64,000 nt of DNA, taken from NCBI GenBank assembly GCA_963934385.1, contig CAWVYO010000001.1, positions 4,765 through 68,764 on the forward strand. Direction: 5' to 3'. The position numbers and the translations under genes are program-made. Below the pieces are notes generated by a model. The model was not told where the DNA came from and did not search any database. It worked only from the letters and a program-made list of their open reading frames with translations. Shown here piece by piece: positions 12,218 to 21,341 of this stretch. The stretch's first letter is position 1; each line of letters opens with the position of its first letter. This stretch comes from an uncultured bacterium. Lineage in GTDB: Bacteria; Myxococcota_A; UBA796; CAJQPC01.

Positions 12218-13042
12218 ATGCAAACTAATATTCCAGAAGGCGTAGAACAACACACAGCAGAAGGCAACAATGTAGCAGAGGCGCTAAGTACAGTTGCTTC
12301 AGAGCTCGGCGTTGACAAATCAGGGCTCAAGTGGGCTGTTGATATGAGTTGGTTTAAGAACGAATTTGGTGGAGCCGTTTCTCGCGATACAGTTCGAATC
12401 ATAGCTTGGCAGCGCGATCCTATGGAGCTAGCGGTATGTGACCGAGCGACTGCTTGGATGACCGAGCTTCTCGAAAAGATGGAGCTAAATGGTACTGTCT
12501 CTTCAGCTATTGCTAATAGTGGAGAGGTAGTTGTTACTGTAAATGTTGAGCAGGCAGGTAGGTTTATTGGGCGCGGCGGCTCTACACTAGATGGAACAGT
12601 CCTACTCATGAACGAGACACTTTCAGAGGAGTTCGAGGGGCGCACCTTTAGGGTGAAGGTTCCAGATAACCGTGAGCGCAGTGATGATCGTGGTGACCGC
12701 AATGACCGCAATGACCGCAATGACCGCAATGATCGTGGTCATCGCAATGATCGCAATGAACGTGGTGGAAGACGTGAGAGAGGCGATCGTAACGACCGCG
12801 GTGGCAGAAGGCGTACAAATGAGGAAGATGAAGCTAGACTTCGCAGTATGACTGAAAAAATAGCCGAGCGCGTTTTAGAGACCGGCGAGGCCGAGATGAT
12901 TAGGAAAGAGATGAACTCTTATGATCGAAGAATTGTTCATATGGTCGTCAAGGACACCGCTGGTGTTGAGAGCCGTTCAATAGGCGATGGCGCTTCTAAG
13001 AACATCGAGATCTACCCTGAAGGCGATAGCTCAGAGGAGTAG
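12218..13042 (+). CDS. jag: Jag/KhpB-type RNA-binding protein (KH + R3H) with an inserted Arg/Asp/Asn-rich low-complexity linker
   Basis: KH-like 'VEQAGRFIGRGGSTLDG'. R3H region 'MNSYDRRIVHMVVKD..GVESRSIGDG'. Conserved position between yidC and mnmE. Confidence 0.8.
   Translation: MQTNIPEGVEQHTAEGNNVAEALSTVASELGVDKSGLKWAVDMSWFKNEFGGAVSRDTVRIIAWQRDPMELAVCDRATAWMTELLEKMELNGTVSSAIANSGEVVVTVNVEQAGRFIGRGGSTLDGTVLLMNETLSEEFEGRTFRVKVPDNRERSDDRGDRNDRNDRNDRNDRGHRNDRNERGGRRERGDRNDRGGRRRTNEEDEARLRSMTEKIAERVLETGEAEMIRKEMNSYDRRIVHMVVKDTAGVESRSIGDGASKNIEIYPEGDSSEE
12695..12730 (+). repeat. In-frame 9-bp tandem repeat GACCGCAAT x4 (encodes DRN x4), followed by degenerate copies
   Basis: Read directly. Lies inside jag, within the 'DRGDRNDRNDRNDRNDRGHRNDRNERGGRRERGDRNDRGGRRR' tract. 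Confidence 0.9.
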
Positions 13043-13047
13043 ATAAT

Positions 13048-14376
13048 ATGGACACCATTGTTGCTTGCGCCACCCCTTGGGGTCGCTCCGCTGTAGCTAT
13101 GGTTAGAATATCTGGTCCCAACGCTCTAGAGATTGTTGGGACCATCTGTGAACCGGTTGGTGGGATGCCTCCTTTCAGACGGGCTCGCCTTACAAAATTG
13201 AGGGACTCCAGAGGGTTGTTCGATGAGGGTCTGCTCACTATTTTTGAAGCCAAATCGTCGTACACAGGCGAGGACTCAGCAGAGATATCCACACACGGTA
13301 ACCCACTCATCGTGGAGCGATTGATATCAGCCTGTGTTAGCGTTGGTGCGAGGGTGGCTATCGAGGGTGAGTTTACTCGTCGAGCCTTTCTAAATGGTCG
13401 CCTTGATCTAACTCGTGCTGAGGCTGTTTTACAGGCGATTGACGCCTCGAGTACTCGCGGTCTAGAGGTAGCGAGATTAGGGCTTAGCGGTGAATTGGCC
13501 AAGTGGATCGATGGACTGCGGGAGCGTCTCACACATCTCATAGCCGAGCTAGAGGCTCGTCTTGACTATCCTGGTGAGGATCTAGTAGAAGATAATGAAG
13601 AGCAACTCTTAGCAGGACTTTTATCTATAGCAGCCGAATCAAGAGATGCTGCTAATACGTTTAAGGTGGGTCGAGTACTAGTTGATGGGGCTACTGTTGC
13701 TCTTGTTGGTCCAGTAAATGCGGGAAAATCTTCGCTGTTCAATAGACTAGGTGGCTCAGTTAGAGCGCTGGTATCGGATCAACCAGGGACTACTCGAGAT
13801 GTTGTAGAGCGCAGAGTAATGTTGGATTCTGTAGCTATTACTTTACTAGACACTGCTGGCGAACGTGGCGAAGCTCATGGTCTTGAAGAAGCGGGTATTG
13901 AGCTGGGACGTTCCCTTACAAAGAACGCCGATTTAGTGGTTGTAGTTGTACCAGCACACGACGCAGCATCTGGGAAAGGGGTCTTAGAGGCGACAAAAGG
14001 GCGTAACCGCATAATGGTAGCCAACCATTGTGACAGACCAGATGCAGATCAAAGTCTTGGCAATGAAATGTTTATGACCTCAGCTATTTCAGGTGCTGGT
14101 TTGAGTGAGTTATCCTCGGCGATTACGGAGGCTTTGGTGGGTGAAGCCCATGGAAATGCTGCCGTGGTTATCGCGAGTAGTCGTCAGAGAGACCTACTCT
14201 TGAAAGTAGAGACCAACGTTCGCGCCTCTATAGAGGCTCTCCAATCTTTCGCTGGTGTAGCGGTAGCGGCGGAAGAACTCTATGGTGCGCTTGAACCTCT
14301 AGATGCTATTATTGGTCGTGACACAAGAGAATCAGTCTTGGATGCTCTCTTTTCTCGTTTTTGCATTGGAAAATAA
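13048..14376 (+). CDS. mnmE: tRNA modification GTPase MnmE
   Basis: 'GRSAVAMVRISGP', G-domain 'LVGPVNAGKSSLFNRL' and 'LLDTAG', and the C-terminal 'CIGK' motif. Confidence 0.95.
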   Translation: MDTIVACATPWGRSAVAMVRISGPNALEIVGTICEPVGGMPPFRRARLTKLRDSRGLFDEGLLTIFEAKSSYTGEDSAEISTHGNPLIVERLISACVSVGARVAIEGEFTRRAFLNGRLDLTRAEAVLQAIDASSTRGLEVARLGLSGELAKWIDGLRERLTHLIAELEARLDYPGEDLVEDNEEQLLAGLLSIAAESRDAANTFKVGRVLVDGATVALVGPVNAGKSSLFNRLGGSVRALVSDQPGTTRDVVERRVMLDSVAITLLDTAGERGEAHGLEEAGIELGRSLTKNADLVVVVVPAHDAASGKGVLEATKGRNRIMVANHCDRPDADQSLGNEMFMTSAISGAGLSELSSAITEALVGEAHGNAAVVIASSRQRDLLLKVETNVRASIEALQSFAGVAVAAEELYGALEPLDAIIGRDTRESVLDALFSRFCIGK

Positions 14377-14435
14377 TGTAGCGCTTTGGCCAGATCTTTG
14401 GATTAATTACCTCTGATCATTGATAAGGTATCTAA

Positions 14436-15200
14436 ATGAATAAATCCTCCGTCTTTACATCTACTCTGATCTTGTGCGGCTTTTCAGTAAGTACGGCCGC
14501 TTTATCTGCTGAATTTGGTGGGGTTTCTGGTTCTCTGGGCATAAAAATTCTAAACGAAGAGACATTGAATCGCGCTTATATTTCGGTAGATAGCTACGTA
14601 GATGAAGAGCCAGACGGTTCAACTAGGTGGGGTAGATTAGAGACCAGCATGATTCAAGGAGGCGATAGTTTTTCAGCGCGGTTCGACTCTTTGAATATCG
14701 CTGTAGTCTCTGGATGGAGAGCCTATGGCTCTGGTAGGATAGAGCTCAATTTTTCGGCAGTTTCGTTCCAGTTTAGATCCCTTCAAACTCTATGGGATCT
14801 TGAGTATGGGAGATCAGGCATCTCTTTACCAATATACGGTGACTGGATAAGAGTGGCGATTGAGGGCGACCTGAGGACTCGAAAGAATTTTGGCACTGTG
14901 CCTACGCAGTCTACGTCTATTGGATTACCAATATCTTTGAGTATTACAACGCCTATTGACCGACCTATGATTGTGTCAGGTGAAGTGGATCTTAGAGCGG
15001 GGTTACAGGTTTTAGGGGATGAGTCAGACCCAATATCTGTTGACCTCATCACATCATCACGAGCAGGGTACTCTGTAGTTCAGAATCCTGAGATGAATGT
15101 CCAGATCTACCTGCAGCATGATTTTGAGTCGTTGTATCTTGAAAAGGATAGTGCTCTTAACAGTCAAATGGTAACTCTCGGTGTAGACCTTAGTTTGTAG
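14436..15200 (+). CDS. Hypothetical secreted protein (possible beta-rich envelope protein)
   Basis: 254 aa with signal peptide MNKSSVFTSTLILCGFSVSTAALSA. No family recognised. Confidence 0.55.
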   Translation: MNKSSVFTSTLILCGFSVSTAALSAEFGGVSGSLGIKILNEETLNRAYISVDSYVDEEPDGSTRWGRLETSMIQGGDSFSARFDSLNIAVVSGWRAYGSGRIELNFSAVSFQFRSLQTLWDLEYGRSGISLPIYGDWIRVAIEGDLRTRKNFGTVPTQSTSIGLPISLSITTPIDRPMIVSGEVDLRAGLQVLGDESDPISVDLITSSRAGYSVVQNPEMNVQIYLQHDFESLYLEKDSALNSQMVTLGVDLSL

Positions 15201-15205
15201 CCGGC

Positions 15206-16162
15206 ATGGCTTTTGGAAAGATAATGAAGATACTTTTTGTAATGGACCACCTTGATAAGCTGGACGTATCTGGCGACTCCACCTATGTGATGATGCTCGA
15301 GGCTACGTCTCGTGGCTGGAGTGTCTGGTGGTGTACACCTGATCAGATGCGTGTAGACGCGAGCGTTGCCGTGGTCGAGTGTGAGAGGGTTGAGACATCG
15401 GCATCTGAGCCGTTTTTCACGCGGGAATCACCGAGAGATAGAGAGTTAGGTGAGTTTGATTGTATATGGATGCGTAAAGATCCACCGTTCAATATGGACT
15501 ACATATTCACTACCTACATGCTTGACTTGGCTCCAGCGCACACTGTTGTATTGAACGATCCGCGATCAATAAAGTGCGCCAATGAGAAGATGTATGCACT
15601 TCAGTGGCCTCATTTATGCCCAAAAACAACAGTCACCAATCGTGTTGAAGATGTCGTATCGTTCGCTAAAGAACATGGAAAGGTTGTTGTTAAGCCATGG
15701 GATGGTAACGGTGGACGAGGAGTCTTGGTGACCCATGCCGATGACATGAACTTGCGATCAATCGCTGAAATAGCAACAATGGAAGGAGAGGCCTGGACGA
15801 TAGTTCAGAGCTATCTTCCAGAGATTTTAAAGGGTGACAAGAGAATAATTCTACTGGATGGTGAGCCCGTTGGTTGGTTTAATAGGGTTCCATGTGCAGA
15901 TGACCACAGGGGCAACATGCACGTGGGCGCAACGGTTCATGCCTGTGAATTGACTGAGAGGGATCTACAAATCTGCGCGGAATTATCTCCGAGATTGAAG
16001 GAAGAGGGTCTCCTTTTCGTAGGGATTGATATCATTGGTGATTACCTCACCGAGATTAACGTCACCAGCCCAACTGGGTTCCGCGAAATAGCGGATCTTC
16101 AGGGAAGGCGATTAGAAAGTGACCTGTTTGATCTCGTGGAGGACAAAGTCAAAGGAAGGTAG
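15206..16162 (+). CDS. gshB: Glutathione synthetase (prokaryotic ATP-grasp type)
   Basis: 'MKILFVMDHLDKL', 'IWMRKDPPF', 'VVVKPWDGNGGRGV', 'LTEINVTSPTG'. The start could instead be ATG 15224. Confidence 0.85.
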   Translation: MAFGKIMKILFVMDHLDKLDVSGDSTYVMMLEATSRGWSVWWCTPDQMRVDASVAVVECERVETSASEPFFTRESPRDRELGEFDCIWMRKDPPFNMDYIFTTYMLDLAPAHTVVLNDPRSIKCANEKMYALQWPHLCPKTTVTNRVEDVVSFAKEHGKVVVKPWDGNGGRGVLVTHADDMNLRSIAEIATMEGEAWTIVQSYLPEILKGDKRIILLDGEPVGWFNRVPCADDHRGNMHVGATVHACELTERDLQICAELSPRLKEEGLLFVGIDIIGDYLTEINVTSPTGFREIADLQGRRLESDLFDLVEDKVKGR

Positions 16163-17415
16163 TGATGAGATCAGCGAATAATTGTTCGAAAGAGATGAGT
16201 GGCTTTAGAGGGTTCATTTCAACTATTAAATCAGCGTTTGTTATCTTGTCGCTTCTAGTTTCTCAGGTAAGCTTTGCGACCCCCCCTACAAGCACGACTG
16301 CTAACAGGACTTCGCCAGCGTCTTTGTCTCAAGCAGGTAGGATTGCGAGCACTGCGGCATCTCTGGAGGTAGAGGTAGAATTAGTCGCGGCTGCGGCTGC
16401 GGGACTAGAATTAATCTATGGTCGAGATTACCGTAGCGCTCGCTCACATTTCTCCCAAATGGATGACACCTACCCTGGAATGGCGCTTGAAAACTTAGGG
16501 AAGTTACTGATCTTTCAGTCCCTAATGCTAGAAAATTTCGATTTTAGGTTTGAGACTCAGTACGAGACCTATTCTTCAAGAGCCCTGGAGGAAATTGAGA
16601 ACTCTTTAACCCAAGAAGGCAACACAAAGTGGGAGCTGTTTATTAGGGGCGGAGTTTTAGGGTTGGAGTCTATACACTTGATGCGAAAAGGAGAGTATCT
16701 CGCCTCTCTACAACGAGGTTTGGATGCGATGAATACCTTGGAGCGCCTAGAGGTCATAGCTCCCGATTTTGTCGATCTAAAGCTGGGTGATGGGCTCTAC
16801 AAGTACTGGCGATCATCCGTAGCAAGAAAGAGCAGTTTGATACCAGATGGTGAAGATGAGCGACAGGCTGGAATTCAAATTATTCGCGAAGTTGAGCAAC
16901 AGGCGGTGTTTGTTGGTCCTGCGGCAACGTTGGCATTGGCAGCCATACGAATGGAAGAAGCTAAACCTCGAGGCGCACTCAGACATATTCGTATTTTCGG
17001 CGCAGAGTATCCCTCAAATGTAATAAACAAACTTTTAGAATCCAGAATGCTCATTCGTTTGAGGCGATATGAGCCGGCACTGGCTGCTCTCAACTCGGTC
17101 TTGGAGATTGATACCGACAACCATCGCGTTCATATGTACCGGGCCACTGTGTTGCTGCGAACGGGTGCTATTGACGCGGCTCATGAGGCTATTGATACAT
17201 ATCTAAATTTGCCACTCACGGATGGTGCGCGTGCGACGGGTCTACATAAAAAGGGTGACATCTACTTTAGGTCGCGAAATTATGATGAGGCAATAGGACA
17301 ATATCAGGCAGCTATAGACCTAAACAACTATGCGCCAAGTCGCAGACTTCTGGTTCGTGTTCAATCTGTGCGAGAGAGGACACAAGAGACACCCGAAGCA
17401 CTCGAGTCACAATAG
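16162..17415 (+). CDS. TPR repeat-containing secreted/membrane-anchored protein
   Basis: N-terminal hydrophobic segment 'AFVILSLLVSQVSFA'. C-terminal TPR-like helices ('GDIYFRSRNYDEAIGQYQAAIDLNNYAP'). GTG 16162 or ATG 16165 abuts the gshB stop. Confidence 0.6.
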   Translation: MMRSANNCSKEMSGFRGFISTIKSAFVILSLLVSQVSFATPPTSTTANRTSPASLSQAGRIASTAASLEVEVELVAAAAAGLELIYGRDYRSARSHFSQMDDTYPGMALENLGKLLIFQSLMLENFDFRFETQYETYSSRALEEIENSLTQEGNTKWELFIRGGVLGLESIHLMRKGEYLASLQRGLDAMNTLERLEVIAPDFVDLKLGDGLYKYWRSSVARKSSLIPDGEDERQAGIQIIREVEQQAVFVGPAATLALAAIRMEEAKPRGALRHIRIFGAEYPSNVINKLLESRMLIRLRRYEPALAALNSVLEIDTDNHRVHMYRATVLLRTGAIDAAHEAIDTYLNLPLTDGARATGLHKKGDIYFRSRNYDEAIGQYQAAIDLNNYAPSRRLLVRVQSVRERTQETPEALESQ

Positions 17416-17556
17416 CAAAAGATTGGATGGTGGGGGCCGACTCCGTCCGTCCGAGTCGGTCCCACCTGTGATACCGAAGTGGGCCTTGGCACAGGGGTAA
17501 TCCACAACGGGGAAGGGAGCTTCCGTAGCTCCTCGCCTCCTTTCAATCAATCGTTT

Positions 17557-18552
17557 TTACTCAATATCTGGTATGGTCAACTCCATTCCTAGACTGAGCG
17601 CTATTCCGCCGCTTAATAGGGACTCGTTAGCGGCTGCTATTTCGCGCCACATTGAGCTCTTTCCGTACATTGTACGAGCTATACTGGAGAGGTTGTCTCC
17701 AGAAACAACGGTATAAATTCTTGTTCCACTGGTGTTGGATGATGTGGTAGAGGAGACAATCTCAATCTCAGCTGGTGAGTTGATAGTCGTGTTTACCTCT
17801 GTAATGTTTTCGGTGGTCGCTATAGTGGCGACCTCTATGGGCTCTACTAAGGGCGCTAAGCCCACTATTTCGTTGCTGATAGCAGATATTTCACCGCTGA
17901 TAGGTGCCACTATTTCGTTGTTTGTCGAATCAACGCCATACTCGGCGTAAATAGGGTCTATGGACGCTGCCTCAGTGGAGTCGTTACCACCCATGAAGAG
18001 AATTCCAAGAGTCGTGAGGGCCAACACACTTGTGAAGACTGCACCCACAGTCCAGACCTGAACTTTTCTTTCTAGTTCTCGGTTTGTGCGCTCTAAGCGA
18101 GTCTTCTCAACCCTTAGTTTGCGAGTTTCGTCTCTAAGAGCTCTAACTTCGGCGCCGATTCTGTCTGCGATCTGCTCGGAGCGATTCTCTCTAGAGACTT
18201 GATCGCGCGCGGACTCGAACTCCTCTTTCATCCCCTGTGGAATCCGGACGCCACAAGCGGCTGCGGTATCGATCTCGGCGATGGCTTCTTGCCATCGTTT
18301 TTGAGAGGCGAAGATCTTTGATAATAGAATGTGTCCTTGCCCATCTTCAGGATTTAGGCATAGCAACATTCTAAGTCGATCACGAGAGCGACCAAGGTGA
18401 CCTTCACGAGCCAGTTGTAGTGCCTCATCGTAAAGACGAGTTGTTGCATCTAGTCCACTGTCGTTAAGGATCGTTGATATATCTCTTACGGCACCAGCTT
18501 CGCCATTGCCTCGAGGGAGTTCATTAAACGGTATTTGTTCAGCCGCGCGCAT
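17557..18552 (-). CDS. LysM domain membrane protein (N-terminal TPR-like region, coiled coil, one TM helix, C-terminal LysM)
   Basis: The C-terminal 'YTVVSGDNLSSIARTMYGKSSMWREIAAANE...GMELTIP' is a LysM motif. TM helix 'VWTVGAVFTSVLALTTLGILFMG'. Heptad-like 'RALRDETRKLRVEKTRLERTNRELERK'. Confidence 0.75.
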   Translation of the reverse strand: MRAAEQIPFNELPRGNGEAGAVRDISTILNDSGLDATTRLYDEALQLAREGHLGRSRDRLRMLLCLNPEDGQGHILLSKIFASQKRWQEAIAEIDTAAACGVRIPQGMKEEFESARDQVSRENRSEQIADRIGAEVRALRDETRKLRVEKTRLERTNRELERKVQVWTVGAVFTSVLALTTLGILFMGGNDSTEAASIDPIYAEYGVDSTNNEIVAPISGEISAISNEIVGLAPLVEPIEVATIATTENITEVNTTINSPAEIEIVSSTTSSNTSGTRIYTVVSGDNLSSIARTMYGKSSMWREIAAANESLLSGGIALSLGMELTIPDIE

Positions 18553-18790
18553 TGTAATCTCTGAGAATTAATCTTTGTGGTTGGGTGGGGAACCCATAGT
18601 GGGGAGTGGGAAAAAGGATATTCCTCAATGACTGTCTAACAGATTACTGGACACGTCAAGAGTTTTTTATAATTAATAATGAGGAATTCTTCTACGAGGC
18701 AAAATGTGTCAGGCTGGGTTATTGACCCCATATAGGGCTTAGGCCCTTCTTTTGACATTGCTAACAGATACTGTGAAAGTGAGATCTACG

Positions 18791-20212
18791 ATGGACCAAA
18801 GATATAGAGACGATGCTGTTTTAGTACCAGCGCATTGGGCGAAAAATGGCGAAGCCATAGCTGTGGGAAAGAATGGCGGCGTAGATATGGCTGTTTTTGG
18901 CGGCATCCCCGGTGAAAAATGTGCCGTTAAGATCTTACACGAGGGCCAGCATATGGTCTTTGGTATCTGGAAAAAAGCAATGCCTCGCCACAGCGAGCGA
19001 GTAACGCCCTCTTGTGAGCACTATGAACAGTGTGGTGGCTGCCCGTTGATGCACGTTTCACGTCAGGAGCAATTTCGAGCGCTTGATTCGACTCTGAAAA
19101 ATATTTTGCTAGAGGAGGGAATCAGCGATGTACCCGTGATGCCTATTGTCCCCTCTCCCGCAGGCCCTCTAGGTTATCGACATGTGACAAAGTTGACCGT
19201 GTCGATCTCTGATAGAGGGAGCCCTCGCATAGGAGCCCCCGGACGTAGACGACACATTGTCCCAATCCCCGAGTGTGGGGTGATCACACCACTACTTCGC
19301 GACATTATGCGCACGATCTTTCATCTATTTATAGATATGGAGGTCAGACCTTGGTTCGAGGGTGAGGGGTTGCTTCGGCACCTAGTACTGCGTCAGTCAT
19401 CCTGGACAAATGAGGTGATGGTTACGCTTGTCGCTGGTGGAGGACCTCCAATTCTCGAGGAGATGGCCGCCAATATTTCAGGAAAACACCCTGAGGTGGT
19501 AGGCGTGCACCTCCACATTAATAAGGAAGAGGGTAACGCAATTTTTGTTCCTGATGAGTCAGGAGCAATACGTACCAAGCATATTTTAGGTAAGAAGCTC
19601 ATAGATGAAAAGGTGGGAGGGGTAATCTATCAGGTAGGTCCAGGGGACTTCTTCCAGACCAATCCATCTATGGCCAATAGGATTACCGAAGATGTCATTA
19701 AATTCGCTGGGCTAAAGAAAGGAGTGCCTTTCTTGGATCTCTACTGCGGTGTTGGTGGGTTTGCCCTTGCGGGAGCTAAAGTGGCTGGCTGGGCACTAGG
19801 TGTAGAGACTGTTGATGGCGCCGTTGACAGAGCGAGAAGCAATGCCTCACTGAACGGAATTCCGGCAGAGTTTATCTCGGGAAATGTATTGATGGTGCTT
19901 GAGGATGTTCAGCTACGATTACGGGGAAAGCACCCAGTAATCGTTGTGAACCCTTCTAGACGAGGTCTTGAGGAGGGCGTAATCGACGCGATGATGGAGC
20001 TCAACCCATCTAGGATTGTCTATGTAAGCTGCAATCCAGCTAGTTTAGGTAGGGATATCCGAGAATTGCAAAGGCACGGCATGGTGCCGCGCGAGTTTCA
20101 TCCCTATGAGATGTTCCCAAATACACCTCATCAAGAGGTAGTGGCGATCCTGGATCACCCAGATCGCCCAATCGTCGCTAGTCGAGGTCCACGACGCAAA
20201 GTGGTGCGTTAA
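18791..20212 (+). CDS. RumA/TrmA-family 23S rRNA (uracil-C5)-methyltransferase
   Basis: Fe-S cluster motif 'SCEHYEQCGGCPLMH', 'FFQTNPSMA', SAM motif 'LDLYCGVGGFALAGA', 'NPSRRGL', 'VYVSCNPASLGRD'. Start uncertain: ATG 18791 or TTG 18752. Confidence 0.8.
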   Translation: MDQRYRDDAVLVPAHWAKNGEAIAVGKNGGVDMAVFGGIPGEKCAVKILHEGQHMVFGIWKKAMPRHSERVTPSCEHYEQCGGCPLMHVSRQEQFRALDSTLKNILLEEGISDVPVMPIVPSPAGPLGYRHVTKLTVSISDRGSPRIGAPGRRRHIVPIPECGVITPLLRDIMRTIFHLFIDMEVRPWFEGEGLLRHLVLRQSSWTNEVMVTLVAGGGPPILEEMAANISGKHPEVVGVHLHINKEEGNAIFVPDESGAIRTKHILGKKLIDEKVGGVIYQVGPGDFFQTNPSMANRITEDVIKFAGLKKGVPFLDLYCGVGGFALAGAKVAGWALGVETVDGAVDRARSNASLNGIPAEFISGNVLMVLEDVQLRLRGKHPVIVVNPSRRGLEEGVIDAMMELNPSRIVYVSCNPASLGRDIRELQRHGMVPREFHPYEMFPNTPHQEVVAILDHPDRPIVASRGPRRKVVR

Positions 20213-20450
20213 CTGTAGCGCTTGGAGTCGGGAAGAGTTTTGGAAATAATACCCACATTAGCCTGTCCGGTATCTCGGCTTTCTTAGGGATCAGCACCTC
20301 ATCCAGTGTGCCCGCTAGGAATCTATTTCTAAGCTCTGCGACGTATCTTTTACGATCTTCTGGATCGCTGGGTGCTCCGAACGTTCCATCTCTTCTTACT
20401 AGCTTTAAACTTGTCATTCCCGGCCTCATTAGTCTGAAACAGGGTGACAA
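20178..20450 (-). CDS. Small hypothetical protein co-oriented with, and 25 nt downstream of, the sigma factor gene
   Basis: 90-aa ORF with plausible coding composition. Its 3' end overlaps the convergent methyltransferase gene by 35 nt. Weak FlgM-like pattern 'RKRYVAELRNRFLAGTLDEV'. Confidence 0.35.
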   Translation of the reverse strand: MSPCFRLMRPGMTSLKLVRRDGTFGAPSDPEDRKRYVAELRNRFLAGTLDEVLIPKKAEIPDRLMWVLFPKLFPTPSATVNAPLCVVDLD

Positions 20451-20475
20451 GGTAGTTGGCTTATCGTCCTGCCTC

Positions 20476-21204
20476 CTAGTGTACGGTCGACCTTAGGCGA
20501 AACTTTAGTCTCTTAATTCCTTGCCCGCGAAGTTGGCAGGCTCGAGATTCGGTAACCCCAAGGATTTCGCCTATTTCCTTTAGAGTGAGACCGTGAAGAT
20601 AATAAAGAGAAACAGCTGTTCTCTCTTTTGTAGGCAATACGTGAACCGCCTCGTTTACCTGATCACGGAGTTCTTCAGCTGCCCAGATGTCCGTAGGATC
20701 ATCGTTATCGCCAGATATACGCTCGGAAAGAGGTGTGAGGTTTTCAGAGTCAGCTGGAGAGTCAAGTGACACTAGTCTACGAATCTGTGAGTCGGTGCAG
20801 AGTGAGTCGTACTTATCAACGGTTATCTCAAGTGCACTAGCCATGTCGTCACGAGAAGGTTCAACGCCACTACTTCTGAGAAGTTGGGTGCGTGTGTTCT
20901 CTATACGTGTGTACTTACGGCGAACAGAGCGAGGAACCCAGTCGTTCTTGCGAAGTGCATCAACAATAGAGCCGCGAATACGAATCTCGGCGTATGCCTT
21001 GAATGGAACGTTACGGCTTGAGTCAAACCTATCGACGGCGTCAATAAGACCCATAGCGCCTACGTTGATAAGTTCGTCTACGTCCACACTACTTGGAAAG
21101 CGGCGAACCATACGACATGCGATTGTTCTTACGAGCGGGTAGTGCTCAAGAATCAGTTGTTCACGCGGATCGTTTGTTTTGGTTATCGGTGCTATTGCTG
21201 CCAT
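20476..21204 (-). CDS. RNA polymerase sigma factor, FliA/WhiG (sigma-28, group 3) family
   Basis: 'LVRTIACRMVRRFPSSVDVDELINVGAMGLIDAVDRFD', 'FKAYAEIRIRGSIVDALRKNDWVPRSVRRK', and region 4.2 'LTLKEIGEILGVTESRACQLRGQGIKRLK'. Confidence 0.85.
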   Translation of the reverse strand: MAAIAPITKTNDPREQLILEHYPLVRTIACRMVRRFPSSVDVDELINVGAMGLIDAVDRFDSSRNVPFKAYAEIRIRGSIVDALRKNDWVPRSVRRKYTRIENTRTQLLRSSGVEPSRDDMASALEITVDKYDSLCTDSQIRRLVSLDSPADSENLTPLSERISGDNDDPTDIWAAEELRDQVNEAVHVLPTKERTAVSLYYLHGLTLKEIGEILGVTESRACQLRGQGIKRLKFRLRSTVH

Positions 21205-21311
21205 GGTTAGTTCCTCCAGTCGGTTGCAATCTACAAATGCAGAAGGCGTGCCAACTTAAGAACCATGTAGTTACAGCTACTTAGAGTGTTTATGGCGAAA
21301 CCAAAAGGGGG

Positions 21312-21341
21312 GTACAAATATATACGCGTATACTTTTGTAC
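21312..21341. promoter_or_regulatory. 30-bp imperfect palindrome GTACAAAtaTATACGCGTATActTTTGTAC; candidate operator in a divergent promoter region
   Basis: Read directly; 26 of 30 positions are self-complementary. It lies between the sigma factor gene and the exporter gene. A second small palindrome, ACACAAAGTGT, follows at about 21344-21354. Confidence 0.35.

Noticed and set aside
12145-12729. 194-aa minus-strand ORF beginning MRSLRSLRSLRSPRSS...
   Set aside because: It is the antisense shadow of the jag low-complexity repeat (GACCGCAAT x4). The plus-strand gene has KH/R3H motifs and the conserved yidC-jag-mnmE position. The same reasoning removes the many other long antisense ORFs in the track (e.g. 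1778-2221, 6573-7112, 10545-11213, 12996-13541, 32660-33046, 57830-58204).
17416-17556. Possibility that the structured intergenic element is an SRP RNA, tRNA, tmRNA or 6S RNA
   Set aside because: Checked by eye on both strands. There is no GGAA-tetraloop/AGCA helix-8 motif in the right arrangement for SRP RNA. There is no GTTCRANYC T-loop or cloverleaf for tRNA/tmRNA, and it is too short for 6S or RNase P RNA. It is kept only as an unclassified structured element in the findings.
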